Shown: positions 45,173 to 54,598 of the stretch, piece after piece
How the letters are laid out: every line of letters begins with the position of its first letter
How positions within the stretch are numbered: the stretch's first letter is position 1
Assembly (NCBI GenBank): GCA_964468125.1
Contig: CAYXVF010000007.1
Coordinates: 16,531-80,530 of the forward strand
Length of the DNA stretch: 64,000 bases
From: an uncultured Bdellovibrionales bacterium
GTDB taxonomy: Bacteria > Myxococcota > XYA12-FULL-58-9 > CAYXVF01
Direction of reading: 5' to 3'
The notes under the pieces: model-generated
Databases searched by the model: none
What the model was told of the DNA's origin: nothing
What the model saw: only the letters and a program-made list of their open reading frames with translations
Program-made: the position numbers and the translations under genes

Positions 45173-48100
45173 ATGAAATTGGACCGATTGAGCCTCCTGA
45201 CGCTCGCAGGCCTCTGTTCGTGCGTGGCGGATCCTCTTTCGAATGGGCAGCCTCTCCTCTGCAGCGAAGACACCGAGTGTGAAGAGCGCTTTGGCGAGGG
45301 GTGGCGCTGCCTGAGTGGCGGTTGTGTGCTGAACGCCCCGCCTCAGATCGATGGCTTCGCGCTCGCCGATGATGAATCCTTCGAGGCGGGCCCGTTCTTC
45401 GTCCGCCAGCCCATGACCGTGACCGTTCGGGTGGCCGGAACGGACTCGGACGGCGATACGGTCAGCTTCACCTGGATCGAGGAAGAAGAGAGCCGCCCCC
45501 TGCCCGACCGGAGACCGGCGCAAAGCTTCACGGGTAATTCGATCACCATCGAGAGCACGACCCCCGGCCAACCGCTCTCCCTCGGAAGCTACCGCTATCG
45601 TGTGGTGCCGAATGACGACCGCGTCGACGGCGCGGCGCGCACCGTCGTGGTGACGATCGTAGCGGCCGGGGACGTGATTTTCGTTTCGCAACTCACGGGC
45701 GAGGATTCAGACTCCTGCGGCACGATCGAGCGTCCATGCCGGAGCTTGGGTCAGGCGCTGAGCCGCTCCCCCGGTTCGACCATTCAATTGGCCGCCGCCG
45801 CGTCGCCGTACTTCTACTGCCTCGGACGAGACGCGCCGGGTACCTTTGCAGAGCCCGTGCCCATCGCGATGGAGGGGTGCTTCGACCCGCTGAGCTGGGA
45901 GCCAGTCTCGAGTCGGCGCCGCGAGTGCGAGATCCAGTGCGAGCCCGATTCCATCACCGTCGACGCCGACGAATTCGGTGTCGGACACGTGTTGGTCGGC
46001 CCGAGTAGACTGTACGACGTGACCCTCACCCTGAACCCACAGACCGTCCTCCCCGCCGAAATCGTCGCCGGCACCGCGTTGCTCCAGCCGAACGTAGATG
46101 TGAATGTGCCTGAATTCGACCGAATCGAGCTCACAAACGTCGATGTCGTCGCGCCCGGATGCGGCGATAGCTGCGTCTCCGTCGGGGTCGGAGCCCAGGA
46201 CGTCGAGGTCGCGATCGATCGCGTCGACGTCGTCGCCGACGCTCGCGAGTTCAGCCCGGTGTTCTCGTTTATCGGGATCTCCCTCGAGCGCAGCCGCGGC
46301 ACGGTTGTCGGGGGCTTGCTGGGTGCAACCATTCCCAGCGCACCGGACGCGCGCAAGGACTTGGTGGCGCGCTCCCGGGGCCGGATTTCGCTCAACGCTC
46401 CGGCGAGCTCGGACGCGGTCGGGGTGAGCGCCATCGATTTTAGCGGGACCCTTCGAGGACTCGCCGTCACCGGCGGTATCGGGCTTGGAATATCGGGGTT
46501 CAACCTCGAAGGCGGAAGCCCCGTCCTAGAGGACAACCTCGTAGACGTGCTGGGCTTCAGCACGCGCGCGGTTTCTGGCTTCACCCTGCATGACTGCAGC
46601 GCTGATGGCGGGTGCGCAATCTCGGGGGCGACTCCCGCAGACCGGCCACTGAACGCGATCGTGCGCAACAACACGGTCTACCTCGCGGGCGCGAGCGAGC
46701 TCGAAACCAGCTCCCCGTGCGTCGGCCTCGGGGTTCAGCTCGACTCGAGGAGCGCCAACCAGGTGATCGAGTCGAACACGGTCGTGTTGGGCAGCGAGTT
46801 CACCCTCGGGATCGGCGCCTCGATCGCTCTCGACGATCAAGGATCGAATACGTCTTTCGCTTCCGTGAGCTCGAACCACATCGCGGTGCGTGGCGCCAAT
46901 CGCGATGAGCTGTGCGTGCTCATCAACGGAGAGCTCGGTCTACCTTTCAACGCGGGACTTCTCGGCGTGCGCGTATCGGGCTCGACGCGGGCACGCGTGG
47001 ACCGGAACCGCATCGAGATCGGTCACTTGAGCTCGAGCGAGGATCCCTACAGCGTCGGCCCAGAGCTCATTTCCACGGGGATCTCCGTCACTAGCGCGCA
47101 GGATTCGACCGATCCCATGCGGGTGACTCAAAACGAAGTGTTGGTGGGACAGGGTCCTTCGCAGAGCTTCGCCCTCTCAACCGACACCTCACGGATCGAA
47201 ATCGTCAACAACCTGCTCTACGGTGGCGATACGCCCCGCTCCGGCGGACTCCTGATTCTCGCGACGGACAACGATGTCGACACGAACGGGCAATCTTCGA
47301 CCCCTTTTCCGATCCTACGACACAATACGATCCACGGCGGCGGGGTACTGGGTCGCACCGCATCGAGCCGAGGATTGCAGCTCAGCCTGGCTCCGGTGTC
47401 GCTCGAGCTAGACAAACTGCGACGCATCGGAACACTCACGGGCAACCTCATCGACGGCGGCTGGGGCCAGGGTCGGCGACACATCGTAGACAATGAGATG
47501 AACCAAGGTGAGCCGCTCCTTCCAGGCGTCACCTTCGCCCCGAGCAGTGACTACGGCCAACTCGTCGGTGCTGCGAGCGAAGAACGTCCCGTGGCCGCGA
47601 CGGCGAGCCTGAACGGCCGCGGCGAGCGTTGGAGGGTGTTCACGGCGGCCGGCGAGGTGCTCTCCCTCTCCGAAGAAGAGAGCCCGAGTCGCCTGGAGCT
47701 CGTCGACGAGGCGCCGGTGCGCCTCGACAGGCCGGTCTACGACGTCGAAGAATTTGACGCCGGCACGGGCCGCGTCGTGGCTGCGAGCACGGCGGGGATC
47801 GGAATCGCATCGATCGTCTCCGACAGTTCGGCGAGTGATGGCGCATTTGACGTCTATCCGCTGGGTGATGTGGAGCTCATCGATGTCCTCGATGTCACCA
47901 CGAGAGCCACCCGAGAGGATCTGCAGGTGCTCGTTCTCGCGGAGACCGCCGACGGGCCCTCTCTCTTCGCCACCGCCTCCTCGAACGGCTTCACTCCGCT
48001 CACGCCATTCCCGGTGATTCCTGCCGGTCGACCGTTTCTCCTGCTCGCACGTAGTCCCGCCGGCACGGTGCTGGGGCTCAGAGCCGGGACGGCCGCAGGC

Positions 48101-48973
48101 TACGAGCTCGTTCAGATCGCACCCACCGGCGAGCTCAAGAATGTCGCTACCCTCCTCGGCACGGGCGTGCCCCGGGAGCTCGTCCCTCTCAGGAGAGGTC
48201 TTTCCATCGACAGCTCGGGGCTCGATTTCGCGTTGGTCCACGACGGAGGCCTGGAGATCTTCTTGGACGTACAAGGAGGAACCCCCAGGCTCTGTGCTGC
48301 GGGTGCCTCCTTTCCCGACTGCGACGACTTCGCGGTGACGGCCACGGACGTGTGTGTGGGAGGCGTAGCCAGCGGCGTACTCGAGCTCCCGAGCAGCGAC
48401 GCCGAGCAGCTCTTCCTCGTCGGCTGCAGCACCGGCGAGGTCGAAATCCAAAGTCGGGTCGGCGATACGTTGAGCTTTGTGAGTCGGGCTTCCGTATCAG
48501 AGCCCAGCGCGGGCGACATCGACTCACCGATCACGGCGCTCGCGGCGAGGCCGGGGCTCACAATGCGTCGTGCACGCGTTCTGGCGCTTTTGCCAGACGC
48601 GGGCGTGCTTGCCGTGTTCGAGCTCGACGAAAACTCGCTCGCGCTCACTCCGGGGCCGATCTACGGCGACTTCGCAAATGTCGCTCTGCGCACGACGAAT
48701 GGCGTACCGCTGCAGAGCCTGACGCAGGTGAGCGACCTCACTCTCGTCGCCCCATCCGTGAGTTGTGAGGTGATCGCACCCGCACCGATGTCCGAAACAC
48801 CCGAGGAAGAGCGCGACCGTATTCGCAACCTTCGCCTCCTCGGCGGCTCGTGTGTGAACTCGACGGAGCTCACCCTCGAGCCACTGGATGTCGATGTCGA
48901 TGGAGTAATGCGAGACTGCGAGCCAGACGTGGGGGCTTCGGAGCTCACGTCGAGCCCGGGGGCCTGCCCATGA
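45173..48973 (+). CDS. large (1266 aa) lipoprotein with Myxococcus-type Cys-rich disulfide repeat and right-handed parallel beta-helix repeats
   Basis: GGAGG SD 7 nt upstream. Lipobox 'LTLAGLCSC'. 'CSEDTECEERFGEGWRCLSGGC' is a C-x5-C-x9-C-x4-C Myxo-disulfide-repeat pattern. The long central region has periodic 'N/T-x-V-x-G' beta-helix-like turns. Confidence 0.6.
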   Translation: MKLDRLSLLTLAGLCSCVADPLSNGQPLLCSEDTECEERFGEGWRCLSGGCVLNAPPQIDGFALADDESFEAGPFFVRQPMTVTVRVAGTDSDGDTVSFTWIEEEESRPLPDRRPAQSFTGNSITIESTTPGQPLSLGSYRYRVVPNDDRVDGAARTVVVTIVAAGDVIFVSQLTGEDSDSCGTIERPCRSLGQALSRSPGSTIQLAAAASPYFYCLGRDAPGTFAEPVPIAMEGCFDPLSWEPVSSRRRECEIQCEPDSITVDADEFGVGHVLVGPSRLYDVTLTLNPQTVLPAEIVAGTALLQPNVDVNVPEFDRIELTNVDVVAPGCGDSCVSVGVGAQDVEVAIDRVDVVADAREFSPVFSFIGISLERSRGTVVGGLLGATIPSAPDARKDLVARSRGRISLNAPASSDAVGVSAIDFSGTLRGLAVTGGIGLGISGFNLEGGSPVLEDNLVDVLGFSTRAVSGFTLHDCSADGGCAISGATPADRPLNAIVRNNTVYLAGASELETSSPCVGLGVQLDSRSANQVIESNTVVLGSEFTLGIGASIALDDQGSNTSFASVSSNHIAVRGANRDELCVLINGELGLPFNAGLLGVRVSGSTRARVDRNRIEIGHLSSSEDPYSVGPELISTGISVTSAQDSTDPMRVTQNEVLVGQGPSQSFALSTDTSRIEIVNNLLYGGDTPRSGGLLILATDNDVDTNGQSSTPFPILRHNTIHGGGVLGRTASSRGLQLSLAPVSLELDKLRRIGTLTGNLIDGGWGQGRRHIVDNEMNQGEPLLPGVTFAPSSDYGQLVGAASEERPVAATASLNGRGERWRVFTAAGEVLSLSEEESPSRLELVDEAPVRLDRPVYDVEEFDAGTGRVVAASTAGIGIASIVSDSSASDGAFDVYPLGDVELIDVLDVTTRATREDLQVLVLAETADGPSLFATASSNGFTPLTPFPVIPAGRPFLLLARSPAGTVLGLRAGTAAGYELVQIAPTGELKNVATLLGTGVPRELVPLRRGLSIDSSGLDFALVHDGGLEIFLDVQGGTPRLCAAGASFPDCDDFAVTATDVCVGGVASGVLELPSSDAEQLFLVGCSTGEVEIQSRVGDTLSFVSRASVSEPSAGDIDSPITALAARPGLTMRRARVLALLPDAGVLAVFELDENSLALTPGPIYGDFANVALRTTNGVPLQSLTQVSDLTLVAPSVSCEVIAPAPMSETPEEERDRIRNLRLLGGSCVNSTELTLEPLDVDVDGVMRDCEPDVGASELTSSPGACP

Positions 48974-49980
48974 CGGTCGCGCTCATTCTCTTCACGCTCG
49001 CAGCAACAGGCGCGGGTACGGACGGCACGGACGCTGCGGCACCGACGGTCGAACGGATTCGCCCCCTCGACGACGGGCGAGTGATCCTGCTCGGCCCCCT
49101 GGGCAGCTTCGGTTCCACCGGTGAAGCAGTCGAAGCGATCCAGCGGGTCTACATTTCAGAATTTGAGAAGCTCCTCGGCGAACAGCTACGCACCCCCGCA
49201 GACCTCGCGGCGATCGATGGGACGGTCGCCGAAGCGGTCGACGGCTGCGGCTCGACGCCGCCCTGCTTGCTCGAGGTGGCAGCAGCGTTCGGTTTGGACA
49301 GCGTGATCACGGGAAACCTCACCGGCCTCGGCGACGATCGAGTCATCGATCTTCGTCACCTGAGCGCGGTGAACGGTAAGGAGCTCGGCCGTCAATCGGT
49401 GCAAGCCAGTGGCAACGAACGGGAGCTGATCATCAAGATCCGCGGCGCGGCAGTTCAGCTCCTCGCGCCGGAGCGCTACATCGGCACGGTCGCCTTTGAC
49501 GTGAAGCAAACCGGGGTCCGGGTGGTCGTGGACGGACAGCTCGTGGGGACGACCCCCTTGCCGCGCGGAGAGCTCGACTTGCGCGTGGGCCGCCACGCGA
49601 TCGAGGCGAGCGGCGAAGGCCTCGTGCCCTTCTCAGAGATGGTCGACGTGCGCTACGGCGAGCTTCGCTCCGTGACCATCGACCTGCCGCCGAATACGGT
49701 GTTCGTCGGCGGAGACACCCCCTACTATGCGCGCTGGTGGACCTGGGCGATCGCCGGAGCTGGGGCCACGAGTCTCGGTCTAGGCGGCTACTTCAGCTAC
49801 CTACAAAACGATACGGTGAGCGAGATCGAAAACCGCGTCGACGCAGGCTCGCTCACCGGCGAGGACGCCTTTCTCTACCAGGACCAGGACGAACAACGAC
49901 AACGGGCGCTGATTTTCTACGGGATCGGCGGCGCCTTGACCCTCACGACGGCCACCCTGCTGAGCCTCGACCTATTCTGA
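48970..49980 (+). CDS. PEGA-domain membrane protein
   Basis: N-terminal signal/TM 'MTVALILFTLAATGAG'. PEGA motif 'VAFDVKQTGVRVVVDGQLVGTTPLPRGELDLRVGRHAIEASGEG'. C-terminal TM 'WWTWAIAGAGATSLGLGGYF'. ATGA overlap with the upstream stop. Confidence 0.7.
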   Translation: MTVALILFTLAATGAGTDGTDAAAPTVERIRPLDDGRVILLGPLGSFGSTGEAVEAIQRVYISEFEKLLGEQLRTPADLAAIDGTVAEAVDGCGSTPPCLLEVAAAFGLDSVITGNLTGLGDDRVIDLRHLSAVNGKELGRQSVQASGNERELIIKIRGAAVQLLAPERYIGTVAFDVKQTGVRVVVDGQLVGTTPLPRGELDLRVGRHAIEASGEGLVPFSEMVDVRYGELRSVTIDLPPNTVFVGGDTPYYARWWTWAIAGAGATSLGLGGYFSYLQNDTVSEIENRVDAGSLTGEDAFLYQDQDEQRQRALIFYGIGGALTLTTATLLSLDLF

Positions 49981-50184
49981 GCACTGTCCAGGCGCGTCCT
50001 GCCGAGGGAGCGGGACAAAAAGTAAATCAGGTACGTGTCTCACCGCTTGCCAACGCGAACACCGGTGGATATGACGCCGCCCATTCGGGGGGACACTGAA
50101 ATCACGCGCGTGTTTTCGTGATCCCTTCGAGACAATGAATGGGCGGGGTTACCCGCAATGGCAATTGGAATGAGGAATAGCGGT

Positions 50185-50406
50185 ATGGCAGCAGAAGAGC
50201 CTCAAAAAGGCACCGTCAAGTGGTTTAACGACGCCAAGGGCTTCGGATTCATCACCCCCGAGGGCGGTGGTGAAGACATTTTCGTCCACTTCTCGGCGAT
50301 CAACGTCGATGGGTTCAAGTCTCTCGCCGAGGGCGAGCGCGTGCAGTTCATCTGCGTACGCGGTGACAAGGGCCTCCAGGCTCGGGACGTCAGCCGCGCA
50401 AACTGA
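50185..50406 (+). CDS. cold-shock protein (CspA family)
   Basis: '[32 protein letters not shown]' carries RNP1/RNP2. GAGGAA SD. Long 5' leader of about 200 nt. Confidence 0.9.
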   Translation: MAAEEPQKGTVKWFNDAKGFGFITPEGGGEDIFVHFSAINVDGFKSLAEGERVQFICVRGDKGLQARDVSRAN

Positions 50407-50444
50407 GTGGCTCACTCTCAGATCGTTTCGTTCTGAGGCGCGAC

Positions 50445-52010
50445 TCAACTGACCCGCAAAGAAGTTTCCACCTCCGCGGTCGCGTCCCGATCGAGTACTC
50501 GATAGGACAGCGCCTCGCGGAGGTGTTCCACCCCGATCGACTCGATCCCCTCCAGATCCGCAATTGTTCGAGCCACCCGTTGCACGCGTGTCAACGCACG
50601 GGACGTGAGCCCGTGCACGTCGACTGCCTCCTCCAGAAGTGCGAGCGAGGGCTCGTCGAGCTCGAGGGTTCGCAGATCCCTCGGCCCCGCACTCGCGTTG
50701 GTTCGGTAGCTCCCCAATCTCCGGTGCTGCCTCTCGCGGGCCTGAACTACGCGGGCTCGGATCACCGCCGAGCTCTCCGCCGACCCACGCCTTCGGGTCT
50801 CGCGAAATCGAACCGCGTCGACACGTACGTGCATGTCGATGCGATCCAGTACGGGCCCAGAGACGCGGCTGCGGTAGCGCGCGATCGACTGAAAGTTGCA
50901 GGTACACACGCGCCCACTGCCCGCCCCGTCGAAGTCCCCGCGATAGAAGCCGCAGGGGCAGGGGTTCATGGCGGCAACAACCAGTGTCTGTGCGGGAAAG
51001 GTAGCCCGCTCGGAGGCTCGAGCAACATGCACGACTCCGCTCTCGAGCGGCTCACGAAGCGACTCGATCGCCCGACGCGAAAACTCCGGGAGCTCGTCGA
51101 GGAAGAGCACACCGTGGTGCGCCAAGGTGACTTCTCCTGGACGCAGGGGCGATCCTCCGCCGCACAGAGCCGTGTAGCTCGACGTGTGGTGCGGAGCCCG
51201 AAAGGGGCGGTTCTGAATCCAGGCGCGGCCACGCAACAGTCCGGCCGCCGAATAGATCCGGGTGAGCTCTGTTGATGCCTCCGTGTCGAGGGGCGGCATC
51301 ACCGTCGGCAGCCGATGGGCGAGCATCGTCTTACCGCTGCCGGGCGGACCGATCAGCAGAAGGTTGTGGTGGCCGGCGGCGGCGATTTCGAGCGCTCGCT
51401 TTGCGACGGACTGCCCCGCTACCTCCGACATGTCGACGCTCGCCGCGCGCGGCGGTGGCGAGACCTCGCTGCGCAGAAGCGGCTCGATCTCCACCGCGCC
51501 GTTCAAATGATCGACCACCTGCTGAAGCGTGTCGACCGGGTACACGTCGATGCCAGGGATCAACGCCGCTTCTTCGGCGTTTTCCCGCGGCACGAAGAGC
51601 TTGCTTTCGCCGCGACGGCGGACGAGGTCCGCCACCAGCACCGCCCCCCGACATCCCTCTAGCCGACCGGAAAGGGAGAGCTCGCCGAAGAAACGCCGTC
51701 CCGTCAGGGCCTCGCGCGGAATGCGGTCATGAGCGGCGAGCATCGCCACCGCGAGGGCGAGGTCGAGCGAGCTCGCGTCCTTGGGGATCTCCGCCGGAAG
51801 CAGGTTGCACACGATCTTCGTGCTGGACAGCTCGATCCCGCTCGCGGCGATCGCAGAGCGCACCCGCACCAATGCTTCGCGGACGGCGCCGCGAGCGAGC
51901 CCGACGAGTGCGGCCTGGGGCAGGCCTTTTCCGCGGTAACACTCCACGGTGACCGGCAGTGCTTCCACACCCCGGACGGTTCCTGTTCCAACGCGTGAAA
52001 ACCCGGTCAT
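50445..52010 (-). CDS. comM: YifB/ComM-family Mg-chelatase-like AAA+ ATPase
   Basis: 'LLLIGPPGSGKTMLA' Walker A, 'HHGVLFLDELPEF' Walker B, C-terminal 'CPCG' zinc motif. Start at ATG 52010. The listed ORF extends to 52229. Confidence 0.85.
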   Translation of the reverse strand: MTGFSRVGTGTVRGVEALPVTVECYRGKGLPQAALVGLARGAVREALVRVRSAIAASGIELSSTKIVCNLLPAEIPKDASSLDLALAVAMLAAHDRIPREALTGRRFFGELSLSGRLEGCRGAVLVADLVRRRGESKLFVPRENAEEAALIPGIDVYPVDTLQQVVDHLNGAVEIEPLLRSEVSPPPRAASVDMSEVAGQSVAKRALEIAAAGHHNLLLIGPPGSGKTMLAHRLPTVMPPLDTEASTELTRIYSAAGLLRGRAWIQNRPFRAPHHTSSYTALCGGGSPLRPGEVTLAHHGVLFLDELPEFSRRAIESLREPLESGVVHVARASERATFPAQTLVVAAMNPCPCGFYRGDFDGAGSGRVCTCNFQSIARYRSRVSGPVLDRIDMHVRVDAVRFRETRRRGSAESSAVIRARVVQARERQHRRLGSYRTNASAGPRDLRTLELDEPSLALLEEAVDVHGLTSRALTRVQRVARTIADLEGIESIGVEHLREALSYRVLDRDATAEVETSLRVS

Positions 52011-52230
52011 GTTGGTCAATCCTCTCGTCGAGCCGCTCGCGGCAACCGCGGCCGTAGAGAGCGAGGATCGTGCCAAATCAGACTTGGCTGAGGCGTGTGG
52101 AATTGGGCGAGCGAACCGATCGGAAATCTCGCTGGGGGTCCAAAATTTTCGGGCGTCGCAGGGGCCCGTTGGCGCCCCGCTAGCGACGAGCAGGTCGCGC
52201 GAACGGACCCGCCCGGGGTAGAGTCTCATC

Positions 52231-54285
52231 GTGCCAAGTGATCCCCGCTACGACGTCCTCTTCGAGGCGGTGCCGATCGGCCCCGTCACCGCAAAGAACC
52301 GCTTCTACCAAGTACCCCACTGCAACGGCATGGGGCATCGGGCACCCAAAGCCCACGCGGCGATGCGAGGGATGAAGGCGGAAGGCGGATGGGCGGTGGT
52401 GAGCACGGAGGAAGTGGAGATCCATCCCTCCGGCGACATCACGCCGTACATCGAAGGTCGGATATGGGACGATCGCGACATCCCCTATCTGCAATTGATG
52501 ACCGACGCGGTCCACGCGCACGGCTCCCTCGCCGCGATCGAGCTCGTCCACAACGGCCCGTCTTGCGCAAACCTCAACACCCGCATTCCGCCGATCGCCC
52601 CGTCCCACATGCCCGTGTTCTGGCACACGCCGACCCAGGCCCGTGCGATGAGCAAACGCGATATCAGCGACTATCGCCGCTGGCACCGCGAAGCCGCGCT
52701 CCGCGCAAAGCGTGCGGGCTTCGACATCGTCTACGTTTACGCGGGGCACAACCTTTCGCTGCCCATGCATTTTCTGTCGCGGCGCCGTAATCACCGCGCG
52801 GATGAGTATGGCGGATCCCTGGAAAACCGAGCACGCCTCCTCAAAGAGCTCCTCCAGGAAACGAAAGAAGCAGTAGGCGACACGTGCGCCGTCGCAATTC
52901 GCTTCGCGGTCGACGAGCTCGCGGGACCGGACGGTATTCGTGCGGACGCGGAGGGTCGAGACGTCGTGGAAATGCTGGCGGAGCTTCCGGACCTCTGGGA
53001 CGTGAACGTCGCCGATTGGGTGAACGACTCACAAACCGCTCGCTTCGCAGAAGAGGGGTACCAAGAGCCCTACACCGCCTTCGTCAAGCGCGTGACCTCG
53101 AAGCCCGTCGTGGGCGTCGGTCGCTTCACGTCGCCGGACACGATGGTCTCGCAAATCAAGCGCGGGGTGCTCGACTTCATCGGCGCTGCCCGGCCGTCCA
53201 TTGCCGATCCCTTTCTCCCGAAGAAAATCGAAGACGGCGAGCTCCAGCGCATTCGTGAGTGCATTGGCTGCAATATCTGCGTCAGCGGGGACATGACCAT
53301 CTCGCCGATCCGCTGCACGCAAAACCCCGCGATGGGTGAAGAATGGCGGCGAGGTTGGCACCCGGAACACGCGCCCAGGGCTGCTCGGCAGCGGCACATC
53401 TTGGTCGTCGGTGGAGGTCCTGCCGGGCTCGAAGCCGCTCGCGTAGCCGCGCTCCGCGGACACCGCGTGACCGTGGCTGAGGCCAAGAGGGTGCTCGGCG
53501 GACGCCTCGTGGCGGAAGCAAAGCTGCCGGGACTCGCGAGCTGGATCCGAGTGCGAGACTACCGCGAATGGGAGCTCAAACGCTTCGAGCAGGCGGAGAT
53601 CTATCTCGAGAGCGCCCTCGGCGTGGATGACATTCTCGAGCTCGCCCCCGATACGGTCGTGCTCGCCACCGGCGCCCGTTGGCGCAAGGACGGCGTAGGT
53701 CGCGCGCACCACAAGGCGATCCCGGGCTTCGAGCGCGCCTTGACCCCAGACGAGGTCATGGCAGGTCCTCTACCCGAAGGCCGAATCGTGATCTTTGACG
53801 ACGACCACTATGTGATGGGCGGGGTGCTCGCCGAGCTCTTGACCCGCGCCGGAAGAGAGGTCGTTCTCGTGACCCCCGCAGCGTCGGTCTCCGCCTGGAC
53901 CAGCCACACCCTCGAGCACGGACCGATTCAAAAACGCATGCGCGAGCTCGGCGTCCGGATCGAGCGCGAGCGCGACGCGGTCGAATGGCGCATCGACGGG
54001 CTCGTGACCCGGGACGTTTACAGCGACGAGCGCAGCCTCATCGAGGCAAGCGCCTTGGTGTCGGTTACCGCACGGCTTCCAAACGACGAGCTCCTGCAAG
54101 CGATGGAGGTGCGCCGCGACGAGCTGACCGCCGCGGGAATCGAGCATTTCGAGGCGATCGGCGACGCTCATTGTCCGGCGACCGTTGCCGCCGCGGTCTG
54201 GAGCGGCTACCGCTTCTCCTTCGAGCTCGACCAGGACGCAGGAGCAGTCGCGATGAAGCGACAGATTCACGGCGAGGCGTATTGA
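52231..54285 (+). CDS. NADH:flavin oxidoreductase (OYE-like TIM barrel) fused to FAD/NAD(P)-binding domain; 2,4-dienoyl-CoA reductase / TMADH-like
   Basis: 'LFEAVPIGPVTAKNRFYQVPHCNGM' is the OYE N-terminus. The 4Fe-4S Cys cluster is 'CIGCNICVSGDMTISPIRC'. 'ILVVGGGPAGLEAA' is the dinucleotide fold. GTG start. Confidence 0.8.
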   Translation: MPSDPRYDVLFEAVPIGPVTAKNRFYQVPHCNGMGHRAPKAHAAMRGMKAEGGWAVVSTEEVEIHPSGDITPYIEGRIWDDRDIPYLQLMTDAVHAHGSLAAIELVHNGPSCANLNTRIPPIAPSHMPVFWHTPTQARAMSKRDISDYRRWHREAALRAKRAGFDIVYVYAGHNLSLPMHFLSRRRNHRADEYGGSLENRARLLKELLQETKEAVGDTCAVAIRFAVDELAGPDGIRADAEGRDVVEMLAELPDLWDVNVADWVNDSQTARFAEEGYQEPYTAFVKRVTSKPVVGVGRFTSPDTMVSQIKRGVLDFIGAARPSIADPFLPKKIEDGELQRIRECIGCNICVSGDMTISPIRCTQNPAMGEEWRRGWHPEHAPRAARQRHILVVGGGPAGLEAARVAALRGHRVTVAEAKRVLGGRLVAEAKLPGLASWIRVRDYREWELKRFEQAEIYLESALGVDDILELAPDTVVLATGARWRKDGVGRAHHKAIPGFERALTPDEVMAGPLPEGRIVIFDDDHYVMGGVLAELLTRAGREVVLVTPAASVSAWTSHTLEHGPIQKRMRELGVRIERERDAVEWRIDGLVTRDVYSDERSLIEASALVSVTARLPNDELLQAMEVRRDELTAAGIEHFEAIGDAHCPATVAAAVWSGYRFSFELDQDAGAVAMKRQIHGEAY

Positions 54286-54598
54286 GTCGCCACGGCCGGT
54301 CGTTTGTGTCAGTCGTCCTCTTTGAGCGTCGACGACAGCTCGCCGTCGAGGCCCACCACTGAGCGCGCCCCGTTCTCCGCCATGCGTCCGAGAGACTCGA
54401 GCTGTCGAAGCTTGAGCTACGCGCGGGAAAGAGTGCGTATTCGGGTAATGAGTCCTGATTTCTTGGAAAGATTCAACACGCGCACCTTCCGCTTCTGCCG
54501 GGCGGCCGACGGGTCGGAGGGTCGCAGGGAACCACAGTCTCGAAAAGCGGCCCCGACCGAATCGAAAAGAAGTGCTCTCTGCGCTAGGCTCTTCTCCC

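Noticed and set aside
47408-48451. 347-aa minus-strand ORF
   Set aside because: Antisense within the 1266-aa beta-helix lipoprotein gene.
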